Positions 10,293 through 18,167 of a stretch of 56,610 nt of DNA are shown piece after piece. Numbering within the stretch: the stretch's first letter is position 1; each line of letters opens with the position of its first letter. The position numbers and the translations under genes are program-made. Origin of the DNA: Oscillospiraceae bacterium (GTDB lineage: Bacteria > Bacillota > Clostridia > Oscillospirales > CAG-382); the NCBI GenBank assembly GCA_022508745.1, contig JAFLUP010000004.1, forward strand, positions 1 through 56,610, in the 5' to 3' direction. A model generated the notes under the pieces. The model was not told where the DNA came from. It searched no databases and was given only the letters and a program-made list of their open reading frames with translations.

Positions 10293-10427
10293 TTGACAAA
10301 ATCAAGATAATGTGCTAGTCTGCGTATAAGAGTCGGGACGAGATTTCTCAATAGTTCACTCCTCTATGCAACAGGCATCAATTTTGGAAACTTTTTCACG
10401 AAAATGACACCGTAAGGTGTCTTTTTT
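10293..10427 (+). ncRNA. candidate ~100-nt small RNA (promoter plus terminator, no sense ORF)
   Basis: TTGACA(10293)-17 bp-TAGTCT; internal anti-SD-like TTCACTCCTCT; GACACC-GTAA-GGTGTC-TTTTTT terminator. Confidence 0.4.
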
Positions 10428-10479
10428 CATAGTAGAACGATTGCGTTCAGGCGGAGCGTCCCTTCACGTCTCGCAGAGA

Positions 10480-10538
10480 GCGATACTTCGCTTTTATGCG
10501 CCGCGACCCTCCCGCGGCACATAAAATGAAGCAATCGC
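10480..10538. repeat. long imperfect inverted repeat (REP-like or terminator-like)
   Basis: GCGATACTTCGCTTTTATGCGCCGCG / CGCGGCACATAAAATGAAGCAATCGC. Confidence 0.6.
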
Positions 10539-10614
10539 CATTTCACCTCTTGCTTTTTTAGCGAAAAGGTGATAATATCATGATATAAAGTTGAAGAAAG
10601 GTATTGGATCTGAC

Positions 10615-11658
10615 ATGCTTTATAACGACCATTTTGACGAAGTGAAGGAGCGGATGATCGCCTACTGGAACCGAGAAGCGGCGGACCGTTGCTCCGCGTC
10701 GCTGACCGTCGCCAGACCGGTCATCAAGGATTTTAGCGGCAACTTTTATTTCGACGCGGAAAAGGCGGATCAAATGCACCGCCAGCGGTTTGAAAGCTAC
10801 GACTATTTGTGGGGAGCGATTCCGAGCCTGTTCCCTTACTTCGGGACCGCCGGCATTGCGGAGTATGTGGGCTCCAAACCGGAGTACACGCCGGAGACCA
10901 CCTGGTTCCACCCCTGCCTTGAGGAGCCGGACGCAGACGCGATCTCCTTCAAGTGCCCGGAGGCATTTGAAAGGCAGAAGGAAGCAATCGCAAAAATGCT
11001 TGCGCTTTCCAAAAACGACTATGCCGTCACCGTAACGGACAACTGCGGCATTGCGGATGCGCTTGCCATCATGCGCGGCACCGACAATTTCTTAATGGAT
11101 ATGATCGACGAAGAGGACTTTGTCCTGGAAGCGATGCAGAAGCTCCTGTCCATCTACAAGGAAACCCAGCAGCAGTTGTTTGATTTGGTGGAAGAAAATA
11201 ACGAGGGAAGTATTCACAGTTGGATGCATCTGTGGGCGCCGAAGCGCTGCGCTCAAATGCAGTGCGACATGAGCGTGATGATCTCCCCGGATATGTACAA
11301 GCGGTTCATCGTCCCTGAGCTGGAAGAACTGACCTCCTTTTTAGACTATTCGGTCTACCATTTGGACGGTCAGGAACAGATCCGGCATTTGGACGCGTTG
11401 CTGTCCGTGAAGAACCTGCGGGCGATCCAGTGGACGCCGGTGGCCGGTCAGCCGCGGACTTCCGCCTTTATCAGCGTACTGCAAAGGATCCAGAAAGCAG
11501 GGAAGAATCTGGTCCTCATCCCGCAGATTGATGAGATCGAAACCCTGCTGGACAATTTGTCCAGCCGTGGCTTGCACCTCGTCTTACACGCGTGGAGCCG
11601 GGAAGAGGCGGAGCATATCATGGAAACGATCCGGAAACACTCCAAGGATCGTGGCTGA
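10615..11658 (+). CDS. UroD/MtaA-superfamily protein, putative substrate:corrinoid methyltransferase
   Basis: MRGTDNFLMD, QCDMSVMISPDMYKRFIVP, YHLDG, IQWTP, typical of UroD-like TIM-barrel proteins found beside corrinoid proteins. Confidence 0.7.
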   Translation: MLYNDHFDEVKERMIAYWNREAADRCSASLTVARPVIKDFSGNFYFDAEKADQMHRQRFESYDYLWGAIPSLFPYFGTAGIAEYVGSKPEYTPETTWFHPCLEEPDADAISFKCPEAFERQKEAIAKMLALSKNDYAVTVTDNCGIADALAIMRGTDNFLMDMIDEEDFVLEAMQKLLSIYKETQQQLFDLVEENNEGSIHSWMHLWAPKRCAQMQCDMSVMISPDMYKRFIVPELEELTSFLDYSVYHLDGQEQIRHLDALLSVKNLRAIQWTPVAGQPRTSAFISVLQRIQKAGKNLVLIPQIDEIETLLDNLSSRGLHLVLHAWSREEAEHIMETIRKHSKDRG

Positions 11659-11682
11659 TCGGAAGAAAGGAGAAACGGAAAC

Positions 11683-12315
11683 ATGGTACAGATGACGGAA
11701 ATCGCAGAATGGCTGCAAAAAGGAAAAGCAAAAGAGGTAGTAGCACTCGTCCAACAGGCGGTGGAGGAAGGTACGCCTGCAGAAATCATCCTCAAAGAAG
11801 GATTGATGGCGGGCATGGACGCGGTGGGAAAACGGTTCCGCGACAACGAGATTTTTGTCCCGGAGGTGTTGATGGCAGCCCGCGCCATGAGCAAAGGCTC
11901 CGAGGTGCTGCGCCCTCTCCTTACGAAGGAGGGCGGCGTTTCCTCCGGCAAGGTTTGCATCGGTACGGTCAAAGGCGACCTGCACGACATCGGAAAGAAT
12001 CTGGTAAAAATGATGCTGGAAGGGAAGGGGCTGGAGGTCATCGATCTGGGTACGGATGTACCCGCCGAAACCTTCATTCAAACCGCAATAGAGGAGGACT
12101 GCCAGATCATCTGCTGTTCCGCGTTGCTGACCACCACAATGCCTGAAATGGAGCGGGTGATCCACGCGGCGATCGAAGCGGGGATCCGCGACAAGGTCAA
12201 GATCATGGTGGGCGGCGCGCCCGTTACCCAAGAATTCGCAGATTCCATCGGCGCGGACGCGTATACCGACGACGCCGCTTCCGCAGCGGACGTGGCGGTC
12301 GGTTTCTGCTCCTGA
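11683..12315 (+). CDS. cobalamin-binding corrinoid protein (MtaC/MtbC-like)
   Basis: Cap domain FVPEVLMAARAM; B12 motif GDLHDIGKN...SALLTTT...GGAP. Confidence 0.95.
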   Translation: MVQMTEIAEWLQKGKAKEVVALVQQAVEEGTPAEIILKEGLMAGMDAVGKRFRDNEIFVPEVLMAARAMSKGSEVLRPLLTKEGGVSSGKVCIGTVKGDLHDIGKNLVKMMLEGKGLEVIDLGTDVPAETFIQTAIEEDCQIICCSALLTTTMPEMERVIHAAIEAGIRDKVKIMVGGAPVTQEFADSIGADAYTDDAASAADVAVGFCS

Positions 12316-12325
12316 CAGATCGACC

Positions 12326-13333
12326 ATGAATATGCATACATTTTTTCAAAGCCTCCTTGCAGGCACAAAAAAGCACGCCCTGCCGATTTTGTCCTTTCCG
12401 GCGGCGCAGAAACTGCGTGTAAGTGTAAGCGAACTGCTTCACTCCGCCGAGCTGCAGGCAAGCGCGATGGAGCTGGTAGCACATTCCACAGACGCCGTCG
12501 CCGCCGTCAGCTTCATGGATCTTTCTTTGGAGGCGGAAGCCTTTGGCGCAACCGTTGTGTTTCGGGAAAACGAGATCCCTGCCATTACCGGGCAGCTGAT
12601 TTCCGACGGGGAAGCAGCGTCTGCTTTGCAGATCCCCGGTTTGACCGCCGGAAGGATCCCCGTTGCCATAGAGACGATCCGTTTGGCAAAGGAAAAAGTG
12701 ACAGATAAACCGGTTTTCGCGGGGATGATCGGTCCTTTCTCACTGGCGGGCAGGCTCATGGACGTGACAGAGATCCTGTACACTTGTTTTGACGAGCCGG
12801 AAGCCGTCCATGAGGTTTTGCAAAAAGCCACCGCCTTTCTAAAGAACTACGCCTCGGCGCTGAAGACCGCCGGCGCAGACGGCATGATTTTGGCGGAACC
12901 GCTGTGCGGCATCTTGAGCCCGGATATGGCGGAGGAATTTTCCTGTCCATACGTCAAGGAGATCCTTGATTCCGTCCAGACGGAGGACTTTGCGGTCATC
13001 TACCACAACTGCGGCAATTCCGTGCCCCAAATGGCAAAGCAGTTATACGGGATGAACGCCGCCGCCTACCATTTCGGGAACGCTGTGGATCTGCACCGTC
13101 TGTTGCAGGACGCACCGGCGGATGTTCTGCTGATGGGGAATATTGACCCGGTTTCCTGCTTTGCAAAAGGAACGCGGGAGCATATCCGGGAGCAGACGCT
13201 TGCACTGCTGGAAAGGTGCGGGGCGTACCGGAATTTTATCCTGTCCTCCGGCTGCGATATTCCGTATACCGCTCCTTGGGAGAACGTCGAGTCCTTCTTC
13301 GGGGCGCTTGCGGAATACAACCAAACGCATTGA
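12326..13333 (+). CDS. MtaA/CmuA-family methylcobamide methyltransferase (UroD fold)
   Basis: DLSLEAEAFGA, GPFSLA, Zn-type YHNCG, GNIDP, ILSSGCDIP. Confidence 0.85.
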   Translation: MNMHTFFQSLLAGTKKHALPILSFPAAQKLRVSVSELLHSAELQASAMELVAHSTDAVAAVSFMDLSLEAEAFGATVVFRENEIPAITGQLISDGEAASALQIPGLTAGRIPVAIETIRLAKEKVTDKPVFAGMIGPFSLAGRLMDVTEILYTCFDEPEAVHEVLQKATAFLKNYASALKTAGADGMILAEPLCGILSPDMAEEFSCPYVKEILDSVQTEDFAVIYHNCGNSVPQMAKQLYGMNAAAYHFGNAVDLHRLLQDAPADVLLMGNIDPVSCFAKGTREHIREQTLALLERCGAYRNFILSSGCDIPYTAPWENVESFFGALAEYNQTH

Positions 13334-13346
13334 GCGGAGGAAGGGT

Positions 13347-15341
13347 ATGCATACGGTAACGATACAGAGCGGGGACCAACTCTACACGGCAACCTTTGAA
13401 GGAACGACTACCGTGCGGGAAGTTCTGACGCAAAACGGCATCTCCATGCCGCACCCCTGCGGGGGAAGCGGCAGGTGCGGGAAATGTATCATCGAAGTTT
13501 CCGGGGATGTTTCCGCCCCCGATGAAAAGGAACTCGCCTGCGGGCATCGTCTGTCCTGCCGCGCAAAACTTTACGGGGACGCGGCGGTGAAGCTATGTGC
13601 GGATACGCGCCTTTCGGCGGAGGGAGCCGCGCAGCACATTCAGGGCGCCCGACATCCGGGGGCTTCCGTCGGCGCGGCGGTGGACATCGGCACTACCACG
13701 GTCGCTATGGCCGTTTACGACCTTGCCACGGGGAACTGTCTTGCGGATGGGACCATGCTCAACCCCCAATCCACAGTGGCGGCAGACGTGATCGGAAGGA
13801 TCGGCGCAGCCTGCGGCGGGCAGCTTTCGCAGTTGCAGGACATGATCGTTTCCTGCATTTGCAGTCTTGCGGAGCAAACTGGCTATCGGGACCGGATCGA
13901 CCAATGGTGCATCACCGGTAACACCGCCATGCTTTATCTCCTGCAGGGCAGGGACCCGAGGGCCTTATCGGCAGCTCCCTTCTGCGCGGATCATCTTTTC
14001 GGCGAGGAAAGCACATTCCTCGGGAAACCGCTGTATCTGCCGGACTGTATGCACGCTTTTGTGGGCGCAGACATCACTTGCGCGGTATTGGAGAGCCGGA
14101 TGTGCGAGAGGGAGGAAACCTCCCTTCTCTGCGATATCGGTACCAACGGGGAAATCGTTCTTTGGAAGAACGGGAAGCTCCACGCCGCCTCCACCGCAGC
14201 CGGACCGGTCTTTGAAGGCGCCGGGATCTCCTGCGGCTGTCAGAGCGTACAAGGCGCCATTGAAAAGGTTTCCATCAAAGACGGCGCTCTGGACGTACAG
14301 ACCATTGGGAACGCTCCCGCCGTCGGCTTGTGCGGCTCCGGCGTGATCGACGCCATCGCCTGTCTTCTGGACAACGGCATGGTGGAGGAAACCGGCGCGA
14401 TGGAAAGCGAGGAAGCCGTCATTTGCGGGAACATCCTTCTAAAACGGCAGGATGTCCGGGCGGTCCAGCTTGCCAAAGCCGCCATCGCGGCGGGCATCCG
14501 GACCCTATTGGAACGCACGGGCACAAAAGAGGAGGAGATCTCGACCCTCTATCTTGCGGGGGGCTTCGGCAGCCATCTCAACATTCATTCTGCCGTGAGG
14601 ATCGGTCTGTTTCCCGCCGTTTTGCAAAATAGGGTAAAGATCCTCGGGAACGCCGCGCTGAAAGGCGCAGCTTCCATGCTGACGGGGAAGGAATGGAAAG
14701 AGAAAGCCCATAGGCTCCTTTCCGGTGCGGAATGTATCAACCTCGGCGGTATGCCGGAATTCAACGAAGCCTATATCGACGAAATGGTTTTCCCGGAGCC
14801 GAAGACGTCCCATCTCCTGCTTCGTTTGGCGGAAGAAATCGGCTTCTCCCATTACGGGTTCTTCCCGACCGACGCCCTTTCTTTTCGTAAGGAGGTGCGG
14901 GATATGTGCAAGTCCGGGCGCTGCGGCGCATACGGTACCCGATGGACCTGCCCGCCCTACTGCGGAACGCTGGAGGAAAGCGCCGAAAAGGCAAAACGGT
15001 TCCAAATGGGCATCCTTTTGCAGATGACCGGCAGGATGGAGGACGACTTTGATGTGGAATGTATGACGGAAACAGGGGAGGCGGTAAAGGAAAAGCTGGC
15101 ACTTTTCGTGAAACGCCTTCGGGAACAACACATTCCCTGCCTGCCGATGACCGCCGGTACCTGCAACAGATGCGATCCCTGCACCTGCCCCGACGAACCC
15201 TGCCGGTTCCCGGAGGAAGCCTTTCCTTCCATGGAAGCATACGGTCTGCTGGTGAACGACGTCTGTACGGCGGCCGATGTTCGGTACAATTACGGACAAA
15301 GGACGATCACCTTCACCACCTGCGTTCTCTTTAACGACTGA
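13347..15341 (+). CDS. RACo/ASKHA reductive activator of corrinoid protein with N-terminal [2Fe-2S] domain, fused to a C-terminal DUF2284-like Cys-rich domain
   Basis: CGGSGRCGKC...RLSC; DIGTTT, DIGTNGE, TAAGPVFEG, CGSG, QLAKAAI, LAGGFG; then CxxGRCGxYGxxWxCPP...GTCNRCDPC...PCRFPE...PSMEAYG. Start placed after the GGAGG RBS. Confidence 0.85.
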   Translation: MHTVTIQSGDQLYTATFEGTTTVREVLTQNGISMPHPCGGSGRCGKCIIEVSGDVSAPDEKELACGHRLSCRAKLYGDAAVKLCADTRLSAEGAAQHIQGARHPGASVGAAVDIGTTTVAMAVYDLATGNCLADGTMLNPQSTVAADVIGRIGAACGGQLSQLQDMIVSCICSLAEQTGYRDRIDQWCITGNTAMLYLLQGRDPRALSAAPFCADHLFGEESTFLGKPLYLPDCMHAFVGADITCAVLESRMCEREETSLLCDIGTNGEIVLWKNGKLHAASTAAGPVFEGAGISCGCQSVQGAIEKVSIKDGALDVQTIGNAPAVGLCGSGVIDAIACLLDNGMVEETGAMESEEAVICGNILLKRQDVRAVQLAKAAIAAGIRTLLERTGTKEEEISTLYLAGGFGSHLNIHSAVRIGLFPAVLQNRVKILGNAALKGAASMLTGKEWKEKAHRLLSGAECINLGGMPEFNEAYIDEMVFPEPKTSHLLLRLAEEIGFSHYGFFPTDALSFRKEVRDMCKSGRCGAYGTRWTCPPYCGTLEESAEKAKRFQMGILLQMTGRMEDDFDVECMTETGEAVKEKLALFVKRLREQHIPCLPMTAGTCNRCDPCTCPDEPCRFPEEAFPSMEAYGLLVNDVCTAADVRYNYGQRTITFTTCVLFND

Positions 15342-15505
15342 AACGGTATATATAGGGGTCAGCGAAATGGTTTTTGGAAATTTCTTTTCTTCTGATTCAT
15401 ATTATTTTAAAAAATTTTATTTTTTGTTCAAAAAGGTATTGCATTTCTGCATTTTCTGATGTATAATAAAAATGCAAATCAGAAAGAAGAAAGAGAGGCA
15501 TTTTT

Positions 15506-16174
15506 ATGAATTCAATCAGGAAGTATATCGCGGAATTCATCGGCACTCTGGTGCTGGTGCTTTTCGCCTGCGGAACTGCCGCGGCGCTTGGATGCTCCAA
15601 GCTGGGCGGAACGGCGTACATCATTACGGCGCTTGCCTTCGGTTTGGTGATCGTTGCAATGGCGTATTCCATCGGGAATATCTCCGGGTGCCACATCAAT
15701 CCTGCCGTTTCCATCGCCATGCTGGTGAGCGGAAGGATGTCTTTGACGGATTTCGTCGGGTATATCATTGCACAGTTTGCAGGCGCTACCGCCGGTGCCG
15801 CTTTGCTGATGGCGTTCCTCGGCAAGGAAAGCGGGCTTGGCACCAATAGCCTTTTTGACGATGATATTATGCTTTCCCTCCTGATCGAGGTGATCCTCAC
15901 CTTTGTGTTCGTCATCACCATCCTCGGCGTTACCTCGAAAGAGGGCAACTCCGCGGTCGCCGGTCTTGTGATCGGTCTCACCCTGACGCTGGTGCACATT
16001 TTCGGCATCTACTTCACCGGCACCTCGGTGAACCCCGCAAGAAGCTTCGGGCCCGCGCTGTTTGTCGGCGGCGATGCGCTGAAGTGTGTTTGGGTCTTCC
16101 TTGTCGCACCGCTGGTGGGCGCCGTTTTGGCAGCCGTGGTGTACAAATTCCTCGATCCCAAAAAGGCGGAGTAA
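15506..16174 (+). CDS. MIP/aquaporin family channel
   Basis: AEFIGT, SGCHINPAVS, GTSVNPARSFGPA (two NPA motifs); about six hydrophobic helices. Confidence 0.95.
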   Translation: MNSIRKYIAEFIGTLVLVLFACGTAAALGCSKLGGTAYIITALAFGLVIVAMAYSIGNISGCHINPAVSIAMLVSGRMSLTDFVGYIIAQFAGATAGAALLMAFLGKESGLGTNSLFDDDIMLSLLIEVILTFVFVITILGVTSKEGNSAVAGLVIGLTLTLVHIFGIYFTGTSVNPARSFGPALFVGGDALKCVWVFLVAPLVGAVLAAVVYKFLDPKKAE

Positions 16175-16200
16175 GCTCCGCGCCGATCCCTGTTTTTCCA

Positions 16201-16241
16201 AAGAACCGCCGATGTCCGAAAAGGCATCGGCGGTCTTTTTT
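16201..16241 (+). terminator. terminator after the MIP gene
   Basis: ACCGCCGATG..GAAA..CATCGGCGGT followed by CTTTTTT. Confidence 0.75.
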
Positions 16242-16345
16242 GCGCGTTTCGAAACTTGACAAAAGGGTGAAAATATGGTATCCTGTCTATGTGTATATGC
16301 AGCGTTCAATTCATTGATTTTTTGATGGGCAACGGGGGAGATTTC

Positions 16346-18142
16346 ATGTTTATCAAGCGTTTTTTACCGGCATTTCTTTGCCTGCCGCTGATCATTGCCG
16401 CGTGCCTGCTGGCGGCGGCACTCAACTCCGGCTCGGATCCTTTGCCTGTTTCGGCTTTTGACGGGATCCGCGGCGATCTGGATGGTGACGGTACGCTGAC
16501 TGCCTATGACCTTACCCTGTATCTGCAATACCTTTCCGGTGCGACGTCTCTTTCCGGCGAAGCCCTTGCGCTTGCGGATATCAACGGCGACGGCAAAGCG
16601 GACGAAGCGGACTTGCAACTGCTGCAGGAGCACCTTTCCGGCGGGGACGTGAGCGTAAGACCCCGTGTCGCCTATATTCCGCTGGATAACCGTCCGGTCA
16701 ATCAGGAGCGGGTCATTTATCTTGCGCAGGCCATGGGGATCGAACTGCTGGTGCCGGAGGAGCATCTCTACCGCACGGCGCTGGACAATATGGCGCCCAA
16801 CCCGGACGGAAGTACGCTGGGCAACCGTGCAGCCCTTCTGGAATGGCTGCGGGAGGCGGATAAGACTTGCGATGCTTTCGTCATCTCTCTGGACCAGATG
16901 CTTTCCGGCGGTCTGGTGGGCTCCCGCTGGCTGGACAATACGGATCTGACCTTTGAATATGAGGTCATTGATGAAATTGCCCGCTTGTGCGAGAACAATA
17001 CCGTCATTTTGTTCGATACCGTCATGCGGCTCGCGTCCACCGTGGACTATCAGGGATTGAACCTAAACGACTATAACGCCTTGCGGGGATACGGGAAGAA
17101 GGCACGCAGACAGCTGACCGGCAGCGAACTGACCATAGAGAACATCATCGCCGGCTATCGCTATGACGAAAACGGGCAGACCATTCCGTTCCCCAACGGG
17201 GAGGAGATCCTGTCCCACTATTTGATTTCCCGGGAACGTAAGCTGCTCCTCGCGGACTACCTGCTGCGGAGCGCCGGGGATAAGATGGAGTTCCTCTTTA
17301 TCGGCGTGGACGATTCCTCGAATGGGGTAAGCATCCAGACCAATGAGATTCGGTATTTGAACGACTTGTTAGGGGAAAACGGTATCGTGAGCGGCGGCAT
17401 CGACGAGCTGGGGCTCTGCTGCCTGGCGCGTATGGGGACGTTGATTTACGGCTCGCCCAAGGTGCACCTGACCTACTACGGACCGGGAAAGGATCTACCC
17501 TCCGACGAGTACGATCCAGACACCTTCGGTGTTGTGATGGATACCCATCTGAAGCTCCTGAATGTGACGGAAACGGAAGATACGAGGAACGCTTTGCAAA
17601 TACTCATTCTGACCAAGGGGAGCACACGGAAGGACTACCAAGCCTTGCTGGATCAGCTGCGGTGGAACTTGAACAACAACATTCCCACTGCATTGATGGA
17701 TGCCGTAGGGAATTCGCAGGAATTCTGCACCATGTTGCTCCATGAAAGCAACATCCCCATCGGGGAGCTGATCGGGTATTCCGGCTGGCACACCGGTGCC
17801 AACACGTCCGGTCTTGCGCTCTCCATCGGCATCGGGCGCTACATCTACCTGTCCTCCGTTCCGGAATCTACGCCGGCGGCAAACGAGGGCTTCCTCAAAA
17901 CGATGACGTTTAGCTATATCAAGGATATCAGCTATAAAAAGTTCCATTTGTATATTGACGGGATCCAGAAGGAGGACTATTCCTGCTCGGTGCCGTTGAT
18001 CCTGCGCCGGCTGAACGCCAGCAGAATCGTCACCTCGCTTTCTCCCTACGGGAAAAGTAAACACGGGGAAGTCACGGTTTCCAATTTCCGCTATCCGTGG
18101 AACCGTACCTTTGAAATGACATTCGATATTGAGATCGGTTGA
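16346..18142 (+). CDS. secreted dockerin-I + DUF4127-family protein (paralogue 1)
   Basis: Signal peptide; GDLDGDGTLTAYD...ADINGDGKADEAD duplicated Ca-binding loops; YIPLDNRP, SLDQMLSGGLVGSR, GVDD, YSGWHTGANT, PWNRTFE. Promoter TTGACA-17-TATCCT at 16256. Confidence 0.75.
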   Translation: MFIKRFLPAFLCLPLIIAACLLAAALNSGSDPLPVSAFDGIRGDLDGDGTLTAYDLTLYLQYLSGATSLSGEALALADINGDGKADEADLQLLQEHLSGGDVSVRPRVAYIPLDNRPVNQERVIYLAQAMGIELLVPEEHLYRTALDNMAPNPDGSTLGNRAALLEWLREADKTCDAFVISLDQMLSGGLVGSRWLDNTDLTFEYEVIDEIARLCENNTVILFDTVMRLASTVDYQGLNLNDYNALRGYGKKARRQLTGSELTIENIIAGYRYDENGQTIPFPNGEEILSHYLISRERKLLLADYLLRSAGDKMEFLFIGVDDSSNGVSIQTNEIRYLNDLLGENGIVSGGIDELGLCCLARMGTLIYGSPKVHLTYYGPGKDLPSDEYDPDTFGVVMDTHLKLLNVTETEDTRNALQILILTKGSTRKDYQALLDQLRWNLNNNIPTALMDAVGNSQEFCTMLLHESNIPIGELIGYSGWHTGANTSGLALSIGIGRYIYLSSVPESTPAANEGFLKTMTFSYIKDISYKKFHLYIDGIQKEDYSCSVPLILRRLNASRIVTSLSPYGKSKHGEVTVSNFRYPWNRTFEMTFDIEIG

Positions 18143-18167
18143 ATCCGCTGAAAAAAGGGGGGAAATC

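Larger units (their letters stand above)
8388..10430. mobile_element. decayed tRNA-integrated element / AT-rich islet
   Basis: Integrase remnant abutting the tRNA; sharp drop in GC relative to flanks; right boundary approximate and no att duplication seen. Confidence 0.6.

Noticed and set aside
8360-10600. attL/attR direct repeat of the tRNA 3' end
   Set aside because: No second copy of CCCCGTATTCTCCACCA or a convincing part of it was found, so the islet boundary is approximate
10430-10610. Cobalamin riboswitch upstream of the corrinoid operon
   Set aside because: Only an inverted repeat is visible; I could not find the conserved B12-box elements by eye (an Rfam scan would settle it)
10615-13333. 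Pyrrolysine/selenocysteine read-through in the methyltransferase genes
   Set aside because: ORFs are full length for their families with no internal TAG/TGA; they are not MttB/MtmB-type
8248-16273. Shared ACTTGACAAAAGG(G)TGAAAA at 8248 and 16254 as island-bounding repeats
   Set aside because: Both are -35 promoter regions and the first lies upstream of the tRNA; best explained by promoter consensus
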